Source: Octopus bimaculoides
Taxonomy: Eukaryota
Length of the DNA stretch: 64,000 bases
Direction of reading: 5' to 3'
Assembly (NCBI RefSeq): GCF_001194135.2
Contig: NC_068991.1
Location: 40,499,878 to 40,563,877, forward strand
In this document: piece after piece, positions 36,097 through 49,335 of the stretch
How positions within the stretch are numbered: position 1 is the first letter of the stretch
Layout of the letters: each line of letters opens with the position of its first letter
Translations under genes and position numbers: made by a program
The notes under the pieces: generated by a model
Told to the model about the DNA's origin: nothing
The model's input: only the letters and a program-made list of their open reading frames with translations
Databases searched by the model: none

Positions 36097-39000
36097 GCAT
36101 GTACTGCACTATTTTGGACTATGCCCTGCATCATATTATGTGGTAGTATACAAATGGGCACTGCAAGAGCTGCTGTTGGAAATATTGTGTGACTTACTTA
36201 CTGTCACAAATCCCTTTTTCATTTTGTATCATTTGCTATTCATCTTATATTGTTTTGATATCCTTATTCATTTAGAACTTGGGTTCTGAGCTTGCTTTAT
36301 ATTGCTGAAACTGTGCAGTGTAGAAGTACCTTTCCCCTAACATTACTGATCTGGTGCCAGTTCCTGCTGTGAAAACTAATCTTACTATAGATATGAAAAA
36401 AATATTTACTGAGTGCAGTATATCTTTGAAACCTACATCCCCACAAAGATAATTTAGTTGATATTGATATCAAGCCAATATGCATATCTAGTAGGATAAA
36501 AAAAAAACATTATTTACATATATACCCCAAAATTTTCAGATTTCTTCCAATCAGTTGGGCTGAGGCACGTACATTTTCAATATTAGTTTACTCCTTTTTA
36601 TAATCAAAACCCTTCCCTTTAAGTTTTAAAATGTTTTAAATTATGAATTTTAAGATTTAAAAAAAAAATAAACCAAAACCTTGTTCTTATTTGACTGTCA
36701 TACTTGAAGCTAGAAGCATGTGTGCAGATGTGTTTACAATTGCTGCCATACTTTTCATTATGTTCGATACAGTATAAAGATTTTCAGTAATTTTTACATC
36801 ATCTTTATACCGTCTACTTTCATTTTATGTATGTGCAGGAACTGTGTGTATGTGTGTGCAATTGCTCATACAAAACACCAACTGCTTTGTTCATTTTATA
36901 TTTTTCTTTAACCGAAGGCTAATTGTCTCAAATGTGTGGTTGAAATTAAAAATTAACCTTTAAAATGTTGAAAAATGGAGAAAAGTTTTTACACAAATTT
37001 TTTCCTCTCTGAGTGGAAAATTTACGAAAAAATAAAATTATGGAAAATAACAAAAAAAAAAATTTTTTTAACTTCGAGTTTTATGTACAAAATGATCTTT
37101 AAAATGAAATAAATGGAACTAGAAATGATTAATTGATTTTAGAAGAAACATTTTTGTAATTATTCAAATGTAAATTTTGAAAATCTCTATTTAAAAAACG
37201 CAAAAAAAAAAAGGTACAGAAACAAAACCATTTTGTAGTGGGATATGTTATGGACACCATCATTGGGTGTTTCAATTATTGGAATGGATTAATCTTACAC
37301 AACTAGTGGGCGTCTTGAAGTATGACTGCAGGTATTGGCTGTGCTGTTAGATACTGAGCAGGTTTCCTGTGTTTCTAGTGTGACGATAAATATTTACTAA
37401 CACCAAACACACAGTTTGATTCACATTTTACAAAATTTCCTTTCAGAAAATTAATAAATGCAAAAAAAAAAAAACTTAAAATGAATTGTATTAATTCCTT
37501 TAAAATAAAATAATAGTTTCATTATCTTAAATCAACAGATAATTATAAAGTAAATAACTTTTTAAAATATTATTAAAAATGACTTTAAAATAGCTTACTC
37601 TGCAAGAACTTTTAATCTTGCAGTTATTAGTTTCCATGTACTGGCAGTTTTTAGAGCATATCAATATTAACTGACTGCTATGATTTTATTGTCACGGGGA
37701 AAAAATTCAAATCTTTGGTATGCTCTCATTCTTATCTCAGATCAGTTCTTTTTTTTTTTATTTTATTATTATTAACAGTAGGATGCCAGCTAGCTCTCTG
37801 GATGTATGTTTACTTGAGCTTACATGTTCTAGCTGCACTTTATCCTATCTCTCTATCACCATACACAAAGTCATTGACTTAAAAACTTCTGTATCAACAA
37901 TGAGGCAAATAATGGCAGAAAAAGGTGAGATGACTAGGTCATCTGCAGTTCTTAAAGATTGATTGGTAATTTAACTGTAGGTTTTGTACCAACAACTGTT
38001 TTGTTCTCAGCATTGTTTATCGTTTTTATGAATAAAAACGTTTGACCTGTAGTATTTTGTTATTGTTTGTAGTTGTTTAAATAACAGCTTTTATTTATTT
38101 TTCATTTTTTCTTTTCTTTTTCTAATCCTGAATTACTAATTACTATTACTTTCATCTTGCATTTATGCAATTTATTAACACCAGTGTTCAGTAATTTACT
38201 CGTAAAATGGTAAATACAAACACCCTGAAATAAAAACCACATTGATGCTAAACTTAGAGACTTAATCTGGCTGCGTATATTTCTGGGAAAAAAAAATTGA
38301 AAGCCCATACAATAACAACAGGGCTTTGTGAAAATTCACTCAGTTGTCTTATTGATTAAACACCATTTTATTTCTCCTCATTCATATTCTCCCAGTTATA
38401 ACACAAGTTGCCAGCTGTAACTGTCCAGATTCATCTTGATAAGAATATGTGGGCAGGTTATAGCCAATATATTTACTGTTGAAATTTACTAAACTGTTCA
38501 ATAAATGTTGTTATGGGAAGTATGCACGTGTTTGTGTACGTATTTGTGTGATTTTATTGAAACAATTTGATTTTCCTTTATTTACTTGAATTCATTATTA
38601 AAATTCCTTTGATTAGATATGGAAACCAGAAACAAATTGTTTGTTTCTGAAAGCCACATTAATAATTAAAATTTTAGTGGGACTGATTTGATATCACTGA
38701 TGTGAAACATTGCTTTGAACTCAGTAATTCTGTAAATAAAGGTTCTACTGAAAGTCTGCAGCAAAACCCTACTGAACAATCAGTGGTTGCCAGTGTGATT
38801 ACTGATATTAACATAGATTTAGACGACACATACACACAGATACACACACATTTTAGTCTAAAGCTTGGTAACCACAGAGAAACTCTTTTATGTGTAGCTG
38901 TTGTTCCCTAAATTAAAAGATAACTTTCTGGTGGAACCACTTTTGAAGTTTTAACTCCCAAAGCACACATATAAAGCTATAAACAAGAACAGGTAAGTAT

Positions 39001-40309
39001 TGAGTTGGAAAACCCTTTTGGAAAGAATAAGTCAAGGGCTACCCTTTGACTTTTTTTTATCCCAAACAATTTTTCAATTCAATATTTACATGCTATTGTT
39101 TATAGCTTTACATGTATGCTTTGAGAGATACTATTCCAAAAAGAACTATTTCATATTCTCTTAAAAGGTCAAAATTAGTTGGGGTAATATTTGCCATTTT
39201 ATAATGAATTATTTCCTTGTTTTCGGCATATTTTCACATACATTATTTCTTAAAAGTTACCAAATTTTAGATACAACTAAACTAATTTAGTTCTAAGTAA
39301 CTTGTAAGCTCTTGGAATTATACTCATGCATATATGTGCACATTCTAAAACTTTACAAAAGGATCTGGAATAAAAATTGAGATATTTTTGTTTATTATTT
39401 TGTGAGAAAATAAATAAATAGCAATGAGGTAGAAAACTACTTAATTTTCTTTTGTTTTGTTTTTTGTGTTTTTTTTTAAATTTCATTAACACTAAGATTA
39501 ATAAGCATTGCACTGTTCCCTGGGTTTTGTATTCAAATTTCTGGGTGGACAGGTTTTGTCTAAAGCTGCTAAATATTTACATTGATACAAATAGTTTTCT
39601 GTTTTTTTAAATCATTTCAAATCTTGAGCCCTAATGACAATCTCCCATTCAAACCCTATTTTCAAAAACTGTTTTTCAAATTTTTAACCATCTTAAGAAT
39701 TAGATTTGGTTTTATTGAATATAACTATTTGTGAAATTATTGCTATTATTTGAAAATATTTATTTTCTCCACAAAATAGTCTTTAGAATTTTACAGAACT
39801 CCTCACTGACAAAATTGTCTCAATAAAATAGCAATTTATTATATCCACCATACTTGGAAGTATATTTTAAAAAAATGTATATTTGAAGATAAAATAACAA
39901 AAAAAAAATCATTGAGAATTGTTCTGTATAAGAGGAAGTGTTAAAAAAAGTGAATTTTATATACACATTACTGCTTCATTTACTTCATGCATCATGGATT
40001 TCATCGAGCTCTGGATATGAACCAGGAATACATTGGAGTTAAAGAAATCTGCCAAAATATCTTACAACATGTTTTTCCCAAGAACTAAGGTGACATTTGC
40101 AACCAGAGAGAATACCGCGGCAAACATTGGAAGCATTGTGGAGCCAGTTCTGTCGTAATGGTGAAACTTTCCTTGTCCAAACAACATGACTCTACTTACC
40201 CACCTACTTACCTATGTAGCATGATTGTATCCTTCTTCTGCCTTTTTTCTTTTTTTATTTTTTCTTCTCTTTTTTCTAACTTGTCTTTAACCCTCCTCTG
40301 TGCTCTTTG

Positions 40310-40520
40310 ATGAGCAGATTCAACCTCTCTCGCTGCTTTCTTCCATTCAGATCAACATTATTCTATCCAATGTGTCAACAAATGAGCACTTGCAGGCTTA
40401 CATCTGCTGCTTTTCATTGTTGGCAAGAAATTCTCTCAGTCCCAAGCACCAAATTGTTTACTATGCACATCTATCTCATCCTGTCTGCCATTTATCCCAA
40501 CATCCCAAACATCAGTGTTG
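40310..40520 (-). mobile_element. Highly degenerate RTE-like RT 3' end
   Basis: Minus strand MKSSRCKP..THWIE..SEW loosely matches GKRARGRPR.TWID...EW. Confidence 0.3.
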
Positions 40521-40529
40521 TATTTAAAA

Positions 40530-42400
40530 TTGTGTTCAAATTTTCAATATGTATTCATTTCTATTCTCTAAATAATTTTAAAGCTTTATTTTCTTTGTTG
40601 TCAAACTAAAATTCAATAATACAGTTAGGTTAAGAGTTTTAAATATTCGTGCCCTGACTTTTCTGCAAATTCTTCATTTGCAAATGTTTATATTCTCAGA
40701 ATTCTCATTCCTTCTTATAGAAAACTTTGGAACAGTTGCATTTCATGCAAAATAATTGTTTTTAATATTTGCCCCTGCAAGTTCTTTACTCAAAACGAAA
40801 TTTTAAAATCTGATATTTAAATATGTTTTGCGAAAAAGCTATATATATTTCCTACACCCATCTGCTTTTAGTACTCTCTCCAGTTATTGACTCACTTTTA
40901 CTTTTCTTCTTTACAATTCACTCTGCTTTGTCTGTTAAAAATCAAATTCTTATTTTCTCTTACTTTCTTATTTTCTATTCTACCAAGGAAAGATATTAGA
41001 TTTTTATGGTAATAATGTAAAATTATATTTATTAAACCAATAATTGTTTCTCTTTTTAATTAGAAAATAAAATTGATACTTTTGTTTTGAACAGCTTTAG
41101 GGATTATAATGTCTTATATGATTAATATCAATTTGAAGAACCCAAATTATTGATTCCTTGGTGAAATCAATACATTCCCAATCTTTATTCAAATTTTAAA
41201 TTATTCCAAAAAACTGTTCTCAGTTCTCATCACAAATATATTGACATTTTGGATTTCTAATTTAGATGAATTCATGTGTGGTTTTATCAATAACCATTTC
41301 TCTTTTATCATTTTAGGTTTCTAAATTGGTCTTCATTATCTGCAAATGTAACAAAAAATATTTTAATCTTCTTGCTTTGAACTGTCTTCATAGATGCTAA
41401 CTACAATTTAAAATTTTTATCTGCTAGTTCTAGCTTTTGCATATCTTTTTTCACATCAGACAACTTCATCACAATAGGTTAGATGATGGCACTTAATCAA
41501 GCTTCCTTCAGCTTCTTGATACTGATCTTCAATATCAGTTATCATTTCCTTATACACAAACATATGCACACACATACACACATATATTTGCAGTGATACA
41601 AAAAATTCCATATAAAAACAGTTTCCACATTAAGAGCAAAATCTAATCAACTTAATAAACAATATTATGGTATCTAAACTTATTGCATGTTGCTACAGTT
41701 TCTTCGGTGCTGAGACGAAATCTTGATTCTAAACTTAATTTTAAGACTTAAGAATGACTTCCAAAAATTTCTCTCTACTTCAATCTATATCTTTACAATT
41801 AACTTCAGTTTTCATATTTTATTTTTCCAATGCTTGAGACTTCATATTCTATTAAATTAAACATTTCTATCTCATCTTTTGGAATGAAATTTCTTAAAGG
41901 CAAGAAAATCATCTTACCTGCCTGCTATTTATTATTGAACACATTTCACTTACTATATGCTAATCTGATTCCTATGGTTTATCATTTTCATTATAGTTTA
42001 ATGGAAATTCTTTGGGCTTCCTTTTTGCTTCTTTTTTTTTCTTTCTTTTTTTCATTTACAATCTGGGGTTACTTCTACTGTCAAATTATCTTGCTTGAAT
42101 TGTTTAACAATGTCTACCTAAAATTCTTCACTTAAGAGATTTTAATTCTTTCTTGTAATTTATATTTTTCTTTTCACTTTCTCTCTAGCTTCCCATCCAA
42201 TTTCTAATATTGTTGATTTTTGGTGCAAAAATTGTTTACATCTCTAATATAGATTTAGATAACTGTAAGTTTATGAATTTTATTGCAAGATTTATCTTTA
42301 TAATAGATTTTTTCTTGCCAAAATGTAAGATATTTGAAACATTAATTAGATCAAGCAAACATTGTACTGAGCAAAGACTTCTCTCAAAAATGCAAATACA
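40530..42400 (-). mobile_element. Degenerate L1/Tx1-like LINE ORF2 remnant
   Basis: T-rich on the + strand; minus strand IKIFFVTFADN near 41340-41380 (FADD-like); no intact ORF. Confidence 0.35.
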
Positions 42401-43064
42401 TTAGTTATAAATTATAATGTAGAAAATACATCAAGACATTTGACACTAACTTACAAATTTGTAAGTCTTATGATGAAAGTTTGCTTGCTAATGTTGACCT
42501 CTGAACTAAAATGATCAGCAGTGTGCCCGGGAAAAAATATTTATCTTTCAAATGACTAGTCCCAGTCTTTGTAAATAATTTAAGATGAAGTGTGTTACTA
42601 TAAACAACAGAAGCCATTTGTAACGATTGCTTCCTCATCTTGACACTGCATGATTGTTGCAAATGAGTGCCACCATTATACAAATAGTGTCATTTGTTTC
42701 CAATCTTCAATGAGAACCAGTCAAAGAGAAACGAGTGATGGCTGGCAACAGGAAGGGCATCCAGCTGTAGAAAATCTGCCTAAGCCATGCAAGTATGGAA
42801 AAGTGAATGTTAAAATGATGATGATGATCTTCCATTCAGTTGCAAAACTCAGCTCAAGTTATATATTGTCCAGTATTGCTATTTGAAGGTATACCAATAA
42901 TCCTATGAATTATGGTGTATGATTCTATGTACACTCTTGTATAACATAATGTAACAAACTGGTGAAGTGAGATTGAATAAAATATGTGATATGAATTTTA
43001 TTTAAATATCTCTTTGCTTTTATTTTATTATTAAATTTGATACAAAATATAATAGCTTAATTCA

Positions 43065-43323
43065 TTAACCATTTCATTACCATATTTCTATTGAAATACA
43101 CTATCTTTATTTCAATAAATTTTGAAAATAATAAAGAATTTAATAAAATAACTTTTTCGTTATTAAGCTGGTGTTTGAAACATAAATTAAAATGAAATTT
43201 TGATGAATTTTAATTTAGATCACTTTACAACTTTAGAACATTTTTAAAAAATTATACAAACAGAAAGTTTATATCATAGAACCAGGGACAGTTTCAGGCA
43301 AGTTGGTATCAAAAAAGGATTGA
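43065..43323. mobile_element. piggyBac-like MITE (same family as 20288..20445)
   Basis: ttaaccatttc ... aaaaaggattgaa degraded termini; shared internal blocks. Confidence 0.6.
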
Positions 43324-43751
43324 AGCAGGTTTATGTATTAGAAATATATTTATAAACACCAGGTATTTTGGCAAGATACAACCAACTAGTTTTTCTCCTT
43401 CACTCTTTATGGGCTTTTGTACAGCCCATCAGTGCCTTGCCAGAGAGTGCATAGCTCTACAAATACACTGCAGCTAAAGTAAATAAATCTTCATGAAATA
43501 TTCTATAACAAAGTAACCAACTTGTACAATACATTAAAGTATATTTACATGAAGTTTTAATGCTTGCTTATGTTGTGGATGAATAAATGGAATCCTAACT
43601 TGAAATGTTCCATCAAATAATGTAAAGTTGCTGTCAACTGATAATCTTGCTACAAGCTTTGCGTTATATATTTCTTTTAATCAAGTCACCAAATATTTAA
43701 TAGCTAAAAATATCCATCAAATTCAGATGTATATTAATCAGAACTGAGGTG

Positions 43752-43753
<2 letters not shown>

Positions 43754-43810
<57 letters not shown>

Positions 43811-43865
43811 TTCTCTCCCTCTCTCTCTCTCTCTCCCTTTCTCTCCCTCTCTCTATCTCTCTATT
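43754..43865. repeat. (CT)n microsatellite
   Basis: Direct reading. Confidence 0.95.
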
Positions 43866-45129
43866 ATCTCTGAAAACTTAGTCTTCCAACAATCTAGATC
43901 ACTAGTCAGAAAAAGTTCTCTAAAATATATCCCTTGTTACTTTTTAAAAACAGGTTTGACAACGTACTATTATTATTACCATAGGGGTAGAGGAGTTGGT
44001 ACAAACAAGAAACATCTAAACTAGGTGTTTTACCATTATTCAGGTGTTTTATTTTTGTTTATTTTTTTTTTAGACTTGTGGGCTTTTTAGTTCATGAGCT
44101 CTATCGAGAGATCAGCTTTACCTTCTTGTTTGACTCCACAATTTGGTAGTAATTATCACATGCTGTATTGAATTCCATTAATTATTGATCTTTCTTTCCA
44201 ATTTGAGACATCATGCCAAAGTAAGAAAATATTATTATTCTTCTGTGGGGGTTGATTCAACAAACTGGTTGCAGTCTACAGCTAAAGCTACTTTTTCATC
44301 ATATGCCACTTGCTGCCTTAGTATATAGACAAATTCCTATTTCTCTCCCTATAAAATCTACAAGTGTTATCTTTTTAAGAAAGAAAACTTATATGAACGT
44401 GAATTCTCAAACTAATTTCAAAGTCAATTCTAGCAACTTTTGTTAGGTTGCTAATCTGAGGATTAAATTGTAATTATAAAATCATTATTATTGTTATTAC
44501 TGAGTACAACGAGAAATGACTTTTCAGGAACTTGATTCCACATAAAAACCACTTCAATTCCACATAAAGTCTACATCAGTTGTAACCTTCAAAACAAGGC
44601 TTCAACACCACACTTTAGCATATCTTCTCTCCTTTTTAATACTAGGATGTCATACCTAACCTTCATCATCATTATCATCATCATCATCATATATTTATAC
44701 CCATTTGTCCAAGGTTACTTAATGTCCCTTGTGGTTAACCAATACAATAGAAGTAAGCTCCTTGTGAGCCAAGTCTACAACACTGTTTTGATGCCCTATC
44801 AATGCCATTTCACTTTACATTGCCTTTGAAAAAAAAAGGTATTGTATGTCACACAAACTCATTTCCCCTCTTCCATAAATGTAGGGCCTTGTGCCAACAT
44901 AAACCACCAATTATTGTGATAACTTAGGATCTACAAAGTGTGATGAGCAATTCTCCTTCAGCAGTGCTGGCGTCAAAGACTTTTTTGAGCCAGAAATATC
45001 AGTTCATTGCATGGGCCAGCTTCTTCATTGCCTAGCATTTGCACGTTGCATGCATGTATATTCTTTATATTGTTTTGTTGTTTTTTTTCTTTTCTGATTA
45101 TCACAATAATTTTACTTTATCGCTTGTTA

Positions 45130-45206
<77 letters not shown>

Positions 45207-45364
45207 GTGTGTGTGTATATATATGTATGTGTGTGTGTTTATATGTTATTTTATTTAAGACAAAAAATATATAAAGCAATTTTATCAGTATTACTGTCAG
45301 TTTTATCCTTTATTTTGTTTTTTAATTCTTTTTATTTGACTTTTTTTTTCCTTTCTTGGCAAGT

Positions 45365-45429
<65 letters not shown>

Positions 45430-45481
45430 TATATAAAATTTCCTGTTATTATTTTTATTGTTATTATTCTTTTGTTTTCAG

Positions 45482-45697
45482 ATTCGTGTTGTAAACGCTT
45501 TTCAAATGGATTTAGATTCTCACTTGGACAGCTATGACAAACGCAGTCGGCCCTCTGTTGCCAGCTTGCCATCTCTTCAATTACGCTCTGGACCATTAAA
45601 AAAAAATAATCTTCCAAGTTCTCCTGAAACGGATGAATGTCCAAGTAAACCATGGCTAAACCGTGCCGAAAGTATCCCATATGCTGACGAACCTTAA
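45482..45697 (+). CDS. ATP2B: PMCA alternative terminal exon T3 (IRVVNAFQMDLDSHLDS...RAESIPYADEP*), 71 aa
   Basis: TTTTGTTTTCAG acceptor; IRVVNAF start with 29/36 nt identity to T2 over the first 12 codons; no PDZ-type end. Confidence 0.87.
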   Translation: MRVVNAFQMDLDSHLDSYDKRSRPSVASLPSLQLRSGPLKKNNLPSSPETDECPSKPWLNRAESIPYADEP

Positions 45698-46512
45698 AGA
45701 AAAGACAATTTTTTTAGAAGAAAGAAATTCTAAACTCCCCTTCTCTTTTTCTTCTTGATCTCTATCTTTCAAGGTTCATAATATTCAATGTCTGTGTGCA
45801 GTTTTCATTTCTTAGCTTAAATTATTTTCCTCTGCTTCTCTATTTTGTTACTGTTATCGTTGTTGTTGTTATTCCTGTTCATTTTCTACATTTTATTTTT
45901 CCCTTTTTAATTAGTACAACTGTGGTGAATTAATTTAAAGCACTAAGTTATGTTGTCCCCAAAATTGTTTGATACCCTTCAAAAAAAAATCTCTATTCAT
46001 CAACCCCTTATCCATATATTATTTACTTTATAACATTTCACTCTGACTAACACAACCTCATCATATATCACCTCTGGTTTATGTTGGACAGTATACCGGA
46101 ATTTCAAAAACTATTAGTAGCATAAAAACTACTTCAAACAATATATATTTATTCAATATTCCAGAGTATTCATTTTCTTTTGAAATGTATTTGAATTGAA
46201 AGAGAGAAAAAATATTTCAAAAAAAGTCCTAGAAATTTAGGTATGGAGATAAAATCATTCTAGATTATTTATTAACAAAAATTAAACCTATCCTGACCCA
46301 ACTACAATATTTTTTTTCCTCCAGCAACTACACAATGATAGAAAGTAACTTAGATTTCAGTGATTCCACTTTCTTACATACACATGCCAGTTAGCTATTT
46401 CAGACATCATACTTGTTGGAAACTAGATGTAATCAATATTATTGTAAATAAAATAGAATGTCAAAAAGCATGTTTACATATATATACAAAATGTATATAC
46501 ATACATATGCAT

Positions 46513-46544
<32 letters not shown>

Positions 46545-47234
46545 GTGCATATGCTCACACAAACATCCACATTAGTCTTTTGATTGAGTCCATAATCACT
46601 TCACATGTATTATTTATGCCTTTGAGATTGGCATAAATATCACATCTATTGCTCTTCTATAAATTTGGGACTTTGTGCTTAGACAAAAGCAGTCGATATT
46701 ATTTAATCTGTGACAAGTATAATACAAGCTTGTATTTAATTACTGGTTTGAACTTTATTTCATTTCACTTATGTCGCCAATCCTTTTGGAAAAGACATGA
46801 AATGTTACAAATTTTGGTATCGTTCTTTTAAAAACTCCAAATTCTGTATAAGAAACTGTTACATACTTTAATCCTGTCAGCATTGAATCCTCCCCTCCTT
46901 AGATAGATATAGCTCAATAGAGAATAATTTCTTGTTATTCCTTTTCTCTGGTCTTTGTCAGGTTAACATTTACAATGAGACTTGTGATCTTTAAACACTA
47001 ACAAAATTTCCCTGTTTTCCTTCCCCATGGTTGTTCATTCTTTAATCACCTCAAATCACGTGCCTCAGTAGTTAGACTGTTTCGTTCCATGTTATTCAGA
47101 CTCATTGAACATTCATGGTAGTGCATCATATATTTCATTTTTATAATATAAAGTACTTGCATGCATGAGAAAAAGTGTATGTGGGGTGTATTCATTCTGT
47201 GTGCATGTGTATGTATGCACATGCACACATTACA

Positions 47235-47284
<50 letters not shown>

Positions 47285-47364
47285 NNNNNNNNNNNNNNNN
47301 NNNNNNNNNNNNNNNNGGAAGCAAACATCTTACCGCTCAGCCATGTGCATGTGTGTATATATAT

Positions 47365-47397
<33 letters not shown>

Positions 47398-48164
47398 TGT
47401 GAAACAGATGTATGTGATTTATTTAATGGGATTTTCAACTCAGTACAGATCTAATTCACAATTTAAATTTATAGACAATGCTCTTTGTGACATGACTTTG
47501 TTTAGTTTTAAATTACATCTGCACCTTTCCTGAAAACTATTGATGATATCAATATATCAATATAACAGTCACCACGAGCTTCTCCAATCAAGGAATTTCA
47601 ACATTCTCTATCACTTTTAAACTTTAGCACAAATATCCTTATCTTAGGCAATATTTGTGATTTCAATACTGAATTATATGCATTGATTAGCTATGTGTAA
47701 TATATGTGTATGTATATGATATGTAAAATTGTCTGTGTGTATGCATGTATACACACACATACATACATTTGTATTTATATGTGTATGTATATATGTAAAT
47801 ATTTGTGAGTATATATGTACAAATACATAAATACACAAGCATACATATACATACTGTATATGTATACATATACAATATGTGTGCATGCATGTGTGTGTGT
47901 GTGTGTGTATGGTTCAGTCTGTATGTATATATGGTTCAGTCTGCAGAGTGCAGTGAGGTAACACTGAAGTTTCCTTTCCAGGTTGAATGACTTGAAATAG
48001 GTTTTAAGTAAAACCAGCATTTTGCCAATGCAGCATGTCACCAAATTTGTTCAAGGAAAAGGCATTCACCAATACAAATTGGCACAGCTCTTGTCACAAG
48101 TGTTAGTGCTACCAGAACAATATTGAGGAAAATGTTGGACTGCTTTAGATATTTTTGAATCTGA

Positions 48165-48290
48165 TTTGTAGTAGCTTACTTCAGCCCCAGCACTTGAGTG
48201 GTACTGCTACTTGTTTTGTCAACCCCAGAATGATGAGACAAGGTTGATCTTGGCAGGATGTGAATGTAAAGCATAAAGAGCAGGAATAAT
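48165..48290 (-). mobile_element. SINE family B
   Basis: Reverse complement ctggggttgacaaaacaagtag..cagtaccactcaagtgctgggg matches the family core. Confidence 0.6.
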
Positions 48291-48639
48291 TATCACAATG
48301 GATTTTAATGAATGAGGGAGTTGGAGTATTCTGTCTTTATTTGCATTCCTTTTTCTGCAAATTTCTCTTGGATCTGAGATGAAAAAGTGCAGATGTTTCT
48401 TGAAAACATCTTCATCCACTCAGTGTAGACCTGTAAATTTTTTGGCAATATATTAATGAGCTGTGGGTCATTAAACACTAAGCTGTTACAGTATTGGCTT
48501 CTGGCTCTAGATGGGGTTAGTGTGACCTTTAGTACTCTGCTGTGTTGTTGATTGGTAGAGCTTTCAATTCCAAATTTTGACCCTATATATAATGCATATT
48601 ATATATATATATATATATATATATAATAGTCACACTCAC

Positions 48640-49335
48640 TATATCTACCCCTACGTGCCTCTCACCTCCATCTCTGTCACTGTGTATCTTCTTTCTCATC
48701 TATCTACAGTTTTATTATACTGTTGCTCCTCCACCCACTTTTTTATGTATTGCCACCTATCACCTCCTCATCCCTGGCCCACTCCCATTTTCCTTTTTTA
48801 CCTACCCCCCAACTGAGAATCACGTTTGAACACACCCCTACCCATAGCGGCCATTAGCTGCAATCACCTCTACCATCTGTCACTTACCTTTCACACTCAC
48901 AAACTACCTACTCACCCAACCATCTTCAATTCCCTGTCCTTGTTCTTCCTTTCTCCACTTTCATGTAACTTGAGGATGTGCTCTAATATTTCATCTCCAC
49001 CATCCTGTCTCCCTTTCCTGCTGGGGTAGCCATGTATCTCCTCTGCAGCAAGGCACCTGTTTCTTTCCCTCTGTCATATTTTAGCCACTCAACCCTGGCA
49101 AAAAAAAGCTACCTCCAGTATTGCACCCCATTCATGGAGTCTTGTCTCAGGATTTACTTGGTAATCTCACTAATGCTAGTGCCACAAAAATGCATCTAGT
49201 ACACTTTGTAAAGTAGTTGGCATCAAGAAAGACATCCAGCCATAGAAATCATGCAAAAAGCAGACATTGGAGCCTAATGCAGTCCTGTCAAAGCATCAAG
49301 CCCGTGCCAGCATGGAATATGGACATTTAATGATA
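48640..49335 (+). mobile_element. RTE-type 3'UTR and tail
   Basis: gtagccatgtatctcctctgcagcaaggcacctgtttc block shared with 26045..26085; tail gccagcatggaatatggacatttaatgataatg. Confidence 0.7.

Noticed and set aside
44941-45000. TGATGA start suggesting a C/D-box snoRNA
   Set aside because: No CTGA D box at a suitable distance and no terminal stem; the local and long-range pairing explains the segment better.
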